Assembly (NCBI RefSeq): GCF_001194135.2
Contig: NC_068993.1
Location: forward strand, 20,133,130 to 20,188,729
Reading direction: 5' to 3'
Length of the DNA stretch: 55,600 bases
DNA from: Octopus bimaculoides
Lineage: Eukaryota
Both the position numbers and the translations under genes were made by a program. Under the pieces are notes generated by a model. It was not told the origin of the DNA. It saw only the letters and a list, made by a program, of their open reading frames with translations, and did not search any database. Shown here one piece after another: positions 36,732-48,805 of the stretch. The first letter of the stretch is position 1; every line of letters begins with the position of its first letter.

Positions 36732-38169
36732 TAGATGTTTTCGATCTAGTTTGGATTCTTTGCCATCAAATTTGAATTCTTTGCAATCAAATTTGAATTT
36801 TTCAACGGGACTTTGTAAGATAAGCTAAAACGCAGAAAACGGACAACAGGCATTCGATGAAGTGTTGCAAACAGTAGAAAGTAGGAGTCTTCATCCTTGA
36901 AAGAATATTTGATGACCACAAATCGATTCGAAGCTAGTCTCTCGAAATTGGTGCTGAAGCCTTGAAAAAAAAAGAGTTAAACTACATTAGCCTTATGGCT
37001 GATGTAGTTTATCTCTTTCTCTCCGTTTGAAAACGCTCGGTTATCCAAGGCGAGGCAAAGGACGAGCCGGAGCTTTACCAATTGAGATCTGAAAAGTTCG
37101 ATGAAATAACTCATGATCACTGCAATAGCTCCTACCAAAAGATGCTCCTTTGCTTCGACCGGTCTGAACAAGGGGAGATCATAAACGAATAATTCTTTTT
37201 CTATTTTTTTTTTTGCGTATGATTGAACAGTTCATTCAAGATAATTTGTACATTTTTACAAACTGCAACTTTTTTTGCGAGAAATATCATTTGGGAAAAT
37301 TTAAAAACCCTTATTTCAGAATAGCTAATAAACCTTGTCTGATTTAAATCAACAATTATTGATCATAACTTTTAATCATAAGGGTAATTTCACCCCCTCC
37401 CCAAAACTGCATAAACGTGCTTTAAAGCGCGGGTTTATGCTACATCCTGCCCTCCCCGTAGTATGTCTTTTAACTAGACTGTCTATTGTACATGGCATGC
37501 ACGTGTCTTAGATGACACGTGGACGCATTCAGGCATGTCGTTATATCAGGATTAGTATGAGCTCATTTTTTCCTTTATGCCTACGTATGGTAAATTGCTC
37601 TTATTAATAGTATTATGCAAAAGTAATGCTCATAAGTTCTTGACAGCTGCAGCGTTTTCATTCGAGAACTATACATTTCGAGCTTTCTATTCGAACTTTA
37701 CCCAAGAGTGACCTTAAAAGAACCAGTCCGTTCGCTTTGACGAGATGCAAATTGAACAATTTTTTAACAAAAAAAGTGACTTCATAAAACGGTTATAAAG
37801 AGCAAAGAGCTTACTATTCGAGTTTATCCAACTCGAGTTTGTTGTCCCAAGCTTGGGGTTAGATCAAAGTTCGAGTAATAGTGGGCTCTACTGGACGAGT
37901 TAGATAAGATAGACATGTATTTCCTTACGGCTGATGTAGTTTAACACTTTTTTTTTTCAAGGTTTCAACACCAATTTCGAGAAACTAGCTTCGAATCGAT
38001 TTATGGTCATCGAATATTCTTTCGAGGATGAAGACTCCTACTTTCTACCGTTTGCAACACTTCAGCGCATGCCTGTTGATAGTTTTCTGCGTTTTAGTTT
38101 GTCTTACAAAGTCCCTTTGAAAAATTCAAATTTGATGGCAAAGAATCCAAACTAGATCGAAAACATCTA
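36732..38169. mobile_element. About 1.44-kb non-autonomous element with long inverted arms (36732-36998 and 37923-38169), in the Delta intron between exons E and F
   Basis: Termini TA|TAGATGTTTTCGATCTAG...CTAGATCGAAAACATCTA|TA. The arms align for about 250 bp; the left arm has an extra copy of a ~21-bp unit. Confidence 0.8.
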
Positions 38170-38585
38170 TATTATCAGATTTAATGTGTATGTGTACACA
38201 CATGCATATCAAATGTTTTATAAACAGATAATTACTTTCGGCTGTAAATTTTTGGGAGTGCGGTTGAATATTAGTTATGCGATGACGCTTGATCACGTAC
38301 ATATTTAATCTTAACACTCGCAAAATTATAACTAGGAGTATCACACTGAGGAGAATAATAGGTAAATATAATTTACTTTAAATTCGAAACGCGTCTGTGA
38401 TTAACCGAAGTCGTGTGAATTCATCATTTTTCTTTTTGCCTACATAAAAAAGTGTTTTATTGTCTCGGAGATTTTTATGGTAGTTGAAAAGACATCAGCG
38501 TCTATTTCTAATTCAATACGTAGAGAGGCACTTAGCTGACCCCTGATTATAATTATGTATACAATTATAGAATATTATATATATA

Positions 38586-39110
38586 NNNNNNNNNNNNNNN
38601 NNNNNNNNNNNNNNNNNNNNNNNNNNNNNNNNNNNNNNNNNNNNNNNNNNNNNNNNNNNNNNNNNNNNNNNNNNNNNNNNNNNNNNNNNNNNNNNNNNNN
38701 NNNNNNNNNNNNNNNNNNNNNNNNNNNNNNNNNNNNNNNNNNNNNNNNNNNNNNNNNNNNNNNNNNNNNNNNNNNNNNNNNNNNNNNNNNNNNNNNNNNN
38801 NNNNNNNNNNNNNNNNNNNNNNNNNNNNNNNNNNNNNNNNNNNNNNNNNNNNNNNNNNNNNNNNNNNNNNNNNNNNNNNNNNNNNNNNNNNNNNNNNNNN
38901 NNNNNNNNNNNNNNNNNNNNNNNNNNNNNNNNNNNNNNNNNNNNNNNNNNNNNNNNNNNNNNNNNNNNNNNNNNNNNNNNNNNNNNNNNNNNNNNNNNNN
39001 NNNNNNNNNNNNNNNNNNNNNNNNNNNNNNNNNNNNNNNNNNNNNNNNNNNNNNNNNNNNNNNNNNNNNNNNNNNNNNNNNNNNNNNNNNNNNNNNNNNN
39101 NNNNNNNNNN
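38586..39110. other. Assembly gap truncating Delta exon E
   Basis: N run. Other gaps: 6931-6941, 16115-16671, 20113-20212, 27101-27327, 29464-29616, 33533-34371, 35543-35633, 41582-41620, 47174-47192, 50693-50792, 54131-54140. Most abut simple repeats such as (TA)n, (GA)n or (CA)n. Confidence 0.99.
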
Positions 39111-39225
39111 TGACAATTTGATCCTTTAAAAGATGGCGGGCAGGAACATGTATAATTAGAAGATGGATCAAATTTACAGGTTCCGCCATTTTCACAGGGA
39201 CCATATTTACTGCAGTAATTCTGAT
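39111..39225 (-). CDS. delta: Delta-like exon E, partial (EGF3; runs into assembly gap 38586-39110): [38 protein letters not shown]
   Basis: Acceptor gatttcctttcag|AT (phase 1) and a six-cysteine EGF motif. The donor is hidden in the N run. Confidence 0.9.
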
Positions 39226-39990
39226 CTGAAAGGAAATCAAATGTCAATCACTACGATGAACGTGTTTTTCTGGATCTTATTTAATCAGTTTGTCCGCTAA
39301 TTAATTTTGAGCCAGCAAACGAAATTTACGGGTTCATTGAACTTGCTAGAAATAGTAACTAAATCACTTTCAAATCACACTCTGTCATGTAAAAAAAAAA
39401 AAAAGATAGAATGGATAATGTGGACCAGTGTACTCAAAGTCAGAAAAAATACAGGAGTGACGTCATGGCTGAAATGCTTTTGCATACACGTCTGCTCAAC
39501 TAGGCCTGACTTGGTGCTCTACAGTAGCAAAAGCATATCAATTTTATCATCGGTTCAAGGTGTTCTGATTCATGCGTAGCTTCTACTTCATTTAGAGATG
39601 CTCAAGCTATTGAGTTCTATATGATACCAGATGGATTTAACTATTCTGCTTCTAACTGCAATAGCTGGACTCAACACCGTAAGATTATGACACACTCGTT
39701 AAATTCACAGTTCTACAACTACCTACAGTACGAATAAGTCTCTACCACGTGATGTTTACATTCATCGATTAAGACCTCGTCGTTTTCAGCTGAGCACGGT
39801 AGCTACGGATATAACACCATTCCTGTAACAGAGCTATTATTATTTTAGCTATTTATCCTCTACTCCATTGACTCATTCTTTTATGCACTTTCATTTTATG
39901 GCTTAGAAATAAATTTATTCGGGCTGGAAATCAAAATATTATTATCGCTTGCAAATGAGTCACGAAAAAAAGCTTCATTATTTCGCTTAC

Positions 39991-40121
39991 CAATGTTGCA
40001 CAGGAAACCTGTCCAACCAGGCTCACAGATGCACTGCCAAGGTTCGTAACAGATTCCGTGTAAACAATTTGGATCTTTCTTGCATTTGGTGCAAAACTCG
40101 CCTTCCCAACCAAATCGGCAG
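39991..40121 (-). CDS. delta: Delta-like exon D (131 bp): EGF1 end plus EGF2, SCRFGWEGEFCTKCKKDPNCLHGICYEPWQCICEPGWTGFLCNI
   Basis: Acceptor ttttgttttgcag|C, donor ATTG|gtaagc, phase 2 to 1. Contains the HG.C..PWQC.C..GW.G..C DOS signature. Confidence 0.95.
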
Positions 40122-41204
40122 CTGCAAAACAAAATTATATAGACTTATAAATAATTACATAAAAATTACGTAAAAATACATGTATTACATAAAAATAATT
40201 TCATAAAAATACATAAAAATAATCGGGAAAATAATTTCTTACTTAAGCACAAGACAGCAATTTTATATGGATGTAAAATACTACTAAGTTGTAGTTATGA
40301 GTTTCTGGAGGGAATTAGTAATGTAATGAGAGTAAAGTGTGGTTTCAACTGACATCCAGAACAGATTCTTAATGTATGAGAAAATACTTCTTGGTCTACC
40401 ACCATAAATTCGTAATATAAATAATAGCTTGTAACTTCGAAGTGCACATTACACACATACACCACAGCACACAGCACACATGCATACACACAAACAGAGG
40501 CTAAAATGCACTGTACAACTGACTTGTACAGTGTCGACTATGCTCAACTAAAAATCATAATATCTTAGTATTTCGATTTATTAAAAACAAACAGAAGTTT
40601 TATTCAACTGTTATCTCGAAAGTATATTCCAGCTGATCAATTGCAACATATGATCACTTATAACTTATTGAAACATAATTTGAAGAAATCCTATATATGT
40701 ATGTATGAATGTATGTATGTATAATATATATTATGTATATATTATGTATATATATATATATATGTGTGTGTGTGTTTGATCTTATGTTCAGTTATATAAA
40801 AACAATTTTACATTAATCTGATAGGCTCCACTATACTTTTATAGACCAAAAATTTATCATTCTTAAACAACAGACTGCTTGATGTTGGCTTAGCACGCTG
40901 AAACTCTGAAGTCAATGTCAAGAATATTCTTGTAGAAGAAAAATGAACATACGAATGTATGTATTGTGTGTGTGTGTAAGTAGTTTGGGGTACGTTATAT
41001 ATTTCTGTAATAGTTTTGTGATAGTGACTCACTGGAGCCTGTATTTTTGAAATACGAGACACACGAAACTCAATATCCCAGAGTGAAATGATAAGGGTTA
41101 ATACTAAAACTGGGAATAAAGATGAGACTAATATTGGCGATAAGGTGGCATGCACAGCGACGTTGAGGAGAAATTCAATCATTTGATCCAATAATAAATA
41201 TTAC

Positions 41205-41265
41205 CTGCACTCTTTCGGTTTCTTGCAAGATCCGTATGAATTATGGCATTGCTCTGGACAAATCG
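41205..41265 (-). CDS. delta: Delta-like exon C (61 bp): first half of EGF1 (DOS region), AICPEQCHNSYGSCKKPKEC
   Basis: Not in the ORF track; read by hand. Acceptor ttgctattccag|CG, donor GCAG|gtaata, phase 1 to 2, compatible with both neighbouring exons. Confidence 0.9.
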
Positions 41266-41620
41266 CTGGAATAGCAAACAGATGAAGAACTTAGATCCAC
41301 ATTTTTCGTAAACAAGATTTAATATTTGTGTATTTTAAAACACTAGACTAGACACACACACCACACACACACATATTCAGAATGTAACCACATGTGAATC
41401 GTTGGCGATTTGTTTTCCTCCGTCTTCCTTTTCTATTGGACTTTCCTCCGTTTCCGAAGAACTTTGCTCCAAATGTAAAACCACTTTTCTTTCCTTCCCT
41501 GAGTGTCTGCTAATACTTTACATGTATCACGTCCTCACGTGGTTGTTTTTTTGTGTTTGTTCTTCGTTTATTTTTTTTTTTNNNNNNNNNNNNNNNNNNN
41601 NNNNNNNNNNNNNNNNNNNN

Positions 41621-41652
<32 letters not shown>

Positions 41653-41654
<2 letters not shown>

Positions 41655-42075
41655 GGTGTTGGACAAAATAATGGAAACACCTAGCATCATAACATCCTAA
41701 TTTTGAAATATCTATAAAACCGTTAAAAGCTTGTTTATTTTTATGATTTTTGATTTATTATTAGTGTTGCTTAATATGTTTTGCTAAAACTGCTGTTTCT
41801 TTTCGGATATAGTCAGAAAACGGTAATTAAAGAGGTCAGATTGTTGTTGCTCGTATGGCAGGCGCTAGCGTAATGAAAACAGCCGAAATGTTTGATGTAT
41901 CAAGAAGTACTGTCTCGAAAGTAATCACAGCCTTTGAGAAAGAGGGAAAAAGCTCCTTGTCGAAACAAAACTCCGGAAGAAAATCAAAACTTTCAGATAG
42001 GGACCGTCGGACTTTTATGCGAATTCTTAGAAAGGATCACAAAATTACTGCAGAGCTTAATGACCACCTTGGCCA
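41653..42075 (+). mobile_element. Tc1-like element, 5' end with paired-like HTH fragment, in the Delta intron between exons B and C
   Basis: TA|CAGGTGTTGGACAAAATAATGGAAACACC terminus. ORF 41855-42094 reads AGASVMKTAEMFDVSRSTVSKV...SGRKSKLSDRDRR. Confidence 0.8.
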
Positions 42076-42462
42076 TAATTCACATCAGAGCTAATTTCAC
42101 TTACTTGTATCTCATCTTCTTCAAAAAGATGGAATGAACTTGCTGCGCACTTCTATGTGAGAGTGCATGGAAGCACGCGCGCGCATGTGTGAGTGTGTGT
42201 GTGTATGTGAGTGTGTGTGTGTATGTGAGTGTGTGTGTGTTGCTTTGGCCAAGTATAAGATATATTGCCAGTGACCATATAAGAACCCTTGACTACTTGA
42301 CAAATAGGCCGGCATTGTGTCTACTTACCTACTTCTTACGTATATATATCTATGTCTGTAAAACTGTACCCAAACATTAAATTCGCTAACTTAAATAATT
42401 TTTCTGCTATTCTGCTTCTTTGTTTGCATGCAAAACAAATTTATAAGTAAACAAGTGCTCAC

Positions 42463-42717
42463 CTTGATCACAATAGGTTCCTTTCCAGCCATCCATACAT
42501 TTTAGGGTACCATTTTCTGTGCAATAGTAATGACCCAATTCATCGTCTCTAACTCGACAAAAGTGATCGCATGCTTCGCCATAATAGTTTTTCTTACAAA
42601 CAACACGGTACTCGAAACTCATCATTGTGATATTGGAACGCATCACTTTTTTTACCCATTTATGAGACGGTTTTACGATGTTGGTATCAACAACTCGTTG
42701 GATCATGTAGCGAGGAT
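42463..42717 (-). CDS. delta: Delta-like exon B (255 bp): MNNL end plus DSL domain, DPRYMIQRVV...YRVVCKKNYYGEACDHFCRVRDDELGHYYCTENGTLKCMDGWKGTYCDQ
   Basis: Acceptor gtattgtag|AT, donor CAAG|gtgagc, phase 1 to 1. Canonical DSL cysteine pattern with YYG..C..FC..RDD..GHY.C...G...C..GW.G..C. Confidence 0.95.
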
Positions 42718-42931
42718 CTACAATACACAAGACATGACTTGATCAAATACAATCCTAGCTAACCATCAAATTATCTATATATTTGGTAAACTTTATCGGT
42801 AAATTTTGGCTCACGAGCTTGTCATTATGCCAATAATAAACACTCGCCCTAGTTCAGTTTCACTTCTTTATTATTCGTCAACTGGTTGATTAATTAGATG
42901 GTTAAAGAATTAGCCACGTGATGAATAATCG

Positions 42932-43198
42932 CGTGATCATGTGACCGACCAGGCTATCAGATATTGTTACAAATCGCTGGTCACAATGCACTTTTGCATT
43001 GTTTTAGCTTTCAAATGACGCCACCCAGCTGGCTAGAAGAGCAGGCTAGCGTTCACCCAATGATCGAAAGTGGGACTGGAGTAACGTGAAATGAAGTGCT
43101 TTGCTCAAGAGCACAATGCACCACCCAATCAGAGAATCGAATCCACGATCTAGCGATCGTGAGTGCAACAGCCTTACCACTAGGCCATGCGCATTCAC
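42932..43198 (-). mobile_element. tRNA-head SINE (family D-like head, different tail) in the Delta intron between exons A and B
   Basis: Head on the minus strand gcatggcctagtggtaaggctgttgcactcacgatc...gattcgattctc; body ttcatttcacgttactccagtcc shared with 15148-15280. Confidence 0.65.
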
Positions 43199-44022
43199 TG
43201 ACGAATAATAAAGAAATAAAATAGAACCAGTACGTGTGTTTATCATATTATAATGACCATCGCGAGAAGCAACAAAATTTGTTTTAATATAAGAATTCAC
43301 ATCAAGAATCTTGTAGGCCAACTACAAAAACTTCTCAGTAAACTTGCCTTTATTAGAAAGAAATCTGATGTTTAACAGTTAGAAAGTTTTAGATATCACA
43401 AGTGAGACAGCTACACAGGATTGGAAATACTAATTAGTATGAGTTTCCTTGTTTTATTATTATTATTATTATTTGGTGGGGGTGGGGGAAATCATATTTG
43501 ATATATTGTTTAACTGACGTCAGTGTACGATTTTTTAAAACCGTTTAGTGGATCCGACATTTCGTAGACTACCTACATGCAATACGATTGTTCTGAGAGA
43601 GCAATGCTATTATACGTAAATAGCCAGTTAAACGAATGGGTGTAAGACTAAGACTTCAGATACACCAGATTTTTGCTTCTCTGTGAGGTCTCATGATAAC
43701 TCCAACAGAGGTGGGAAAACAGGACTCGTCAGAATACGTCAGTTGTTGTTTTTCGGCATTTATCTAAGCTTACACCTCTGCTGGAATAATGTTCGAAGTT
43801 AATGAGTATATTAGTATTACAGTGTCTCATTAATTACAATTAGTCAGGCTCTCTTGTTCATACAAGTTTCTTTCTTTTACCATAGCCTGAAAGTTAATGA
43901 ATCATTAATTAGATATACAGCGAACTCACTGCTCACAACAAATAAGTGAATCTGTATTTCAGCTGACTATTACCTACCACATTCACTTGATATACGATGC
44001 AAAAGCAAATATGTCTACTCAC

Positions 44023-44083
44023 CTCGCAATGTACGGTTCCTGAGATTGTCGTGCCAGGCTTCAACAGACAACGTGAACGATTG
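44023..44083 (-). CDS. delta: Delta-like Notch ligand, exon A (61 bp; C-terminal part of MNNL/C2 domain): QSFTLSVEAWHDNLRNRTLR
   Basis: Acceptor ttttattcttcag|CAA, donor CGAG|gtgagt, phase 0 to 1. The peptide matches the GTFSLIIEAWH / RSYTLLVEAWD motif of DSL ligands and joins exon B in frame (G|AT = Asp). Confidence 0.9.
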
Positions 44084-44224
44084 CTGAAGAATAAAAATGA
44101 CACCAATATTAAACACGAAATTTCCACCCAACTATTACATCAGTTTCATAACTAGTATTTTCCATTTTACGTAATTATGTGATTAGTTTCCACAAAATAT
44201 TCGTTTCAAAGTTTTGGCTCAGGG

Positions 44225-44400
44225 CCATCAATTTCAGGGGAGGGGACCAGTCGATAACATCCACTCCACTGCTGAACTTATTTCATAAACACTCGAAAGG
44301 ATGAAAAGCGAAGTCGACTATGGCGAAATTTGAACGCAAAACGCGAAGACGGACATAACAGGGCTTAGCATTTTACTTGGTGTGCTAACGATTCTGCTAG
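44225..44400 (-). mobile_element. SINE family A, diverged copy (Delta upstream intron)
   Basis: cgaaaggatgaaaagcgaagtcgac...aaatttgaac...ctaacgattctgctag. Confidence 0.65.
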
Positions 44401-44721
44401 TTTATCGTATTAAAAACCAAAATATTAAGTGAATATTGAGTTAAAGCATATGTAAATGCTAATGTGTAAGGTTGGATTTACGTTACAATGGTACGGAATC
44501 ATCAAGTTTGATTGAACAAAAATTAATGTAGAACCGAGTGAAGTCGACGCCTTTTTCAATAGAATTAAACGAAACAAATCTTTATCAATCATAACTAAAA
44601 ATTTCACAACGTTTTATCATTATCAAATATCATTCCCTCATGAATAATATTTCCGGTGTTATAAAAACTGCATAATATATGGAGATAAACCGCTTATAAA
44701 TTTGAATATATCAAGAAATCA

Positions 44722-44935
44722 AGGCGGTGAGCTGGCAGAATCGTTAGCAAGTAGGGCAAAATGCTTAGCGGCATTTCGTCCGTCGTTACGGTCTGATTTC
44801 AAATTCCGCTGAGACCGACTTTACCTTTCATCCTTTCGGGGTCAATAAAATAAGTACCAGTTGAGCAGTGAGGTCGATCTAATCGACTTGCCCCTCCTTC
44901 CAAATTGCTGGTCTTGTAGCAAAACTTGAGAGTAA
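44722..44935 (+). mobile_element. SINE family A copy (Delta upstream intron)
   Basis: Complete head aggcggtgagctggcagaatcgttag plus core. Confidence 0.8.
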
Positions 44936-45209
44936 TATGCCAAATGTTAAATCTAAAATTCCATCTCAACATGAGACCGATGACGATTGAATTCCATCAT
45001 TACGAGAGGTACCGTTGGTCGGGATTTTATCATAACTAAAGTAAATAAATAAATAAAAACACGTGAATTAATCAAAAGCATAAGTATGATGAAATATTTT
45101 AATGCATGTTTGACACTGAAATGCGAACCTTGATATGTCACTGAATACAATAACAAAACAGTTCAACATATCTAAATACAGACAACAAACCTAAAAACCA
45201 GTGTCTTAG

Positions 45210-45543
45210 AAGTATAGAAGATAGCTTTAAGACAAATAAGAATTTATAGGTGAATTACAAATAGGCTGCTCTATTGAAGAAGATTGTGTTAGAACAAATA
45301 GAAACTTAGAGGCGTTCGAAAAATAGGTTAACATATATAGCCTATAGCTGAAGATAATAATATAGAAGTGGGAACTTATAGTCACTCGGAAAACAGTCTA
45401 ACATTTAATCTGTAGATAAAGATATTCTTGTAACAAATGTGAATTTATAGGGGCTCTGAATATAGGTTAATATTTAGCTTGTAGATGAAGATAATATCAT
45501 GACAGATAGGAACTTATAGGCACTTTCAAAGTAAGTTAACATC
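45210..45543. repeat. Degenerate minisatellite, about 5 units of about 69 bp
   Basis: The anchor gaa(c/t)ttatag recurs at about 45240, 45301, 45372, 45441 and 45510, each preceded by gaagat/aaagat. Confidence 0.65.
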
Positions 45544-46299
45544 TGGCATTTTGCATATCTTCTTTCTTTTTTCTTTTTTTTTTTTCTTCATTTAAGGTTT
45601 AGTCGTATTTGAGAGAAAGAGAGACAAGAAAAACCACGAGAAAACCCGTGAGTGACGTACTGGAATATTACTGAGATGGGAAACAGAAAAAGAAAAAGAA
45701 AAATTAATAATTAGAAAAAACAAAAATATTCCATCACATTCAGTACAGAATAATAAAAATAAAGTGTATTGGATATCCAATAAACAAACGTGACTACAAA
45801 TTCCCACATTCCCACCTCATAAACAATCATTCACACACACAATAATACACGCACAAACGCACACACACACATATATATGTAATTTGTGCATATGTGTATA
45901 CGTATATGCATATTTGTGTGCGTGTGCATATATATATATATATATATATACATGTATACACTCTCCCACATACACGAACATATACCCAAGCACAAATTAC
46001 ATATATAAAGCGCCATTAGCTAATAACCACCGAAACTGCAATATGGTTGGTTTCGAAGTGTAATGGCATCCGAGTTAATAATGATGTACCGGATGTATCT
46101 CGCTCATATAATCCAACTTATTTCACCCCCACTATTTTTTTATTTATTTTCTTTAACGCTGCACGCCCACTGATTACGTCCTTGAGCAAGATACTCATTT
46201 CTGGTTACTTTTCAGGCAAAATATTCTTAGAGCAAGTTTTACAGAGCAAACGGACACTGACACTACTACTACTACTACGAATAATAATAATAATAATAA

Positions 46300-46720
46300 T
46301 GATCCTTTCCACTGGAAGCACAAGGCTTCAAATCTGTGGGGAGGGGACAAGTCGATTATATTGACCCCAGTGTTTCACTGGCACATAAGTTATCGACTCT
46401 GAAAGGAGTAAAGGCAAAGTCGACCTCGGCGGAATTTGAACTTAGAACGTCACGAGGGGCGAAATAAGCATTTCGTCCAGCGCGCTAACGATTCTACCAG
46501 CTCGCCACCTTAATAATAATAATAATAATAGTCAAGACGAAAAGCGCGATTCGATTGTAAGATATTTTATTAGTTGAACGATATTTCAACAGTACGTCTT
46601 ATTTTATCGAACCCGAGAGGATGAAGGGCAAAGTCGACCAAGACGGAATTTGAACTCATAACATAAAGACGGACGAAATGCCGCTAAGCATTTTTCCGGG
46701 CGTACTAATGATTCTGCCAT
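46300..46720 (-). mobile_element. Two SINE family A copies in tandem (about 46300-46510 and 46590-46720)
   Basis: Repeated aaggcaaagtcgacc..ggaatttgaact...ttctaccagctcgccacctt. Confidence 0.7.
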
Positions 46721-48748
46721 TAATAATAATGCTTTCTGCAATAAGCAAAAAGCCTGAAATATTTGGGGAGAGGCTAGACAATAACATCGGCCCCAGTACC
46801 CAATTGATATTTCATTTTATCGTTTGTAATTTGTACGAGGTAGATAGCATATCTCGCTCTCATTATCTAAAATAACAATGACTGACTCACATTATAGCAA
46901 TCTGCATTGTGTAGTCCAACTTGAATTGGCGGCATTTTCTTTCTTAGACATAAAACTTAATCTTTAATGAGATATAATAAAGTTGACTACATGCACAGAG
47001 AGCTGGAAGCCTTGCATATGATGAGATGAAGGCCAGCCACTGTATACAGTCTTTTTCACACTCACATAACACATACATGCATACATACATACATACACAC
47101 ACAGACACAGACTAATAACCTCGAGCTTTGTAAATCGATTTGGTAGACAGAAACTAAAAAAAGCCCATTCTATNNNNNNNNNNNNNNNNNNNATATATAT
47201 ATATATATATATATATAAAACGATAACTAATGCAATAAAACGGTACAAGGCGATGATTTGAGCTGAACGAAATTGTTCTGATATCAGTTCCTTGCAATTA
47301 GATGGATTTGTGCCAATGTAGAATAAAGTATTCGGCCAAAATACAACGAAATGCCAACAGCAAATCAGAGCTGACATCCTTTGAGAAAACAATCCAAGCG
47401 ACCTCATCCATCTCGGTTGTATGGATATAAATATGCAGATGTTCTTGGTGACGGAAATGATATACATTTGTGTTGAGAATCGAAACCGGGGAGAAGAGTC
47501 TCATTGAGGTGACATCCGCATCAAGTTCTGGAATCCATTAGAGTTCTAATAAATGGATTTTCATATTAGTGGCTTAATTGGAAAAATAAATAAATTTCCA
47601 CAAACGTTTCCATATGATGCATGTACCCACACAGACTTGAATGCGTAGATACAAGCATACATACGTAACAGAGGAAAGGGGAGAGAATGAAGAAAGGAAA
47701 AGTGTGTAAGAAAAATAACGCAGGCACCGTGTGTGTGTGTGTGTGTGTAAAACCACATCCACACACACACACACACACGGTTGATGCTATTTCACTTTCC
47801 GACGCTACCAATACTTAGAGTTACTATTTCAAATGTTGGCCTACACGGCCAGCAACCTGAAACGTTGTTGCAGTTGGTTTAAAACTTAATGAGACTTCAC
47901 TGTTTCGAGTTCAAATCTTGCCAAGAGCTGAACAATAATTTCTGTCCGAAAGACATAAATGCCAGGACTCTTATTTACATGTTTACATAAATTCTTCGTT
48001 CTGAAACTTCCCATTTTTATGTGATGGCCTGTCGTATTATATTGGGTACGAAGACAGACCTGAATATACAAATTTCTGTTAATTTTCGGTGCTGTTTAAT
48101 GACAAACTCTGCAGTGTCAAAGATGAATGGCTGAAATGCCACTGTCGCAATAATCACTGGCATACTTGGCACCGAAGAGAGCGGTCGACCCAACGAGGAA
48201 GCTTCTCTGCGGTTTCTTGGTCAGCTAAAAACAGCAGCCAAATTTTTAAAGGAATGATACATTCATTAATGTAACCAAGACATGCAAAATAACGAGATGG
48301 TTGCGACCTGGGTTTAATTTTTTATACACTCATGTGATCTGCATGCCATATAACATATATACATACTAGCAGAAAGACCGCCCTCTGGGCAGTTTTCTGC
48401 TAGCCACTTGATAACATTTTCACATTTGATTCCCAATTGTAATAATTTTTATGATATTGTCTGCCGGCGCGCTTTTGTTGCTAAATGTTCTTTTTCAGTC
48501 GCATATTTTGGCATTCTTTCAGTCGAACTCGCAGAAATGCCAAAAGGAACAGCTGGTTTTGTTCGTTAATTTCCGTAAAAATAATTTTATCTATTTACTT
48601 CTGTTTTAAAGTGAAAGAGAGGAGAAATTGAAAGGTAAATGTACGTGTATATGAAATGTATGTGTGAGAGAGAGAGAGAGAGTGAAGGGGTGTGTTGTCA
48701 TGTATACATAATACATAAATAAATATACATACATCATTTTTATATGTA

Positions 48749-48805
<57 letters not shown>

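Noticed and set aside
40808-41191. 127-aa ORF with a hydrophobic stretch
   Set aside because: It starts just inside the intron after the exon C donor and has no homology; it is intronic sequence.
44425-44607. Minus-strand frame ending NLMIPYHCN|gtaaat just upstream of exon A (phase 0)
   Set aside because: It lacks the MNNL cysteines and the conserved Trp-Pro, so it is not accepted without transcript data.
45801-45815. Tandem TTCCCAC (CSL/Su(H)-like) sites
   Set aside because: Direct rather than paired-site orientation, one copy is non-consensus, and such motifs are expected by chance at this length.
47886-48071. IQVCLRTQY / ARFELETVK resembling MNNL motifs
   Set aside because: The motifs are in the wrong order, the CC and WP features are missing, and there is no suitable donor.
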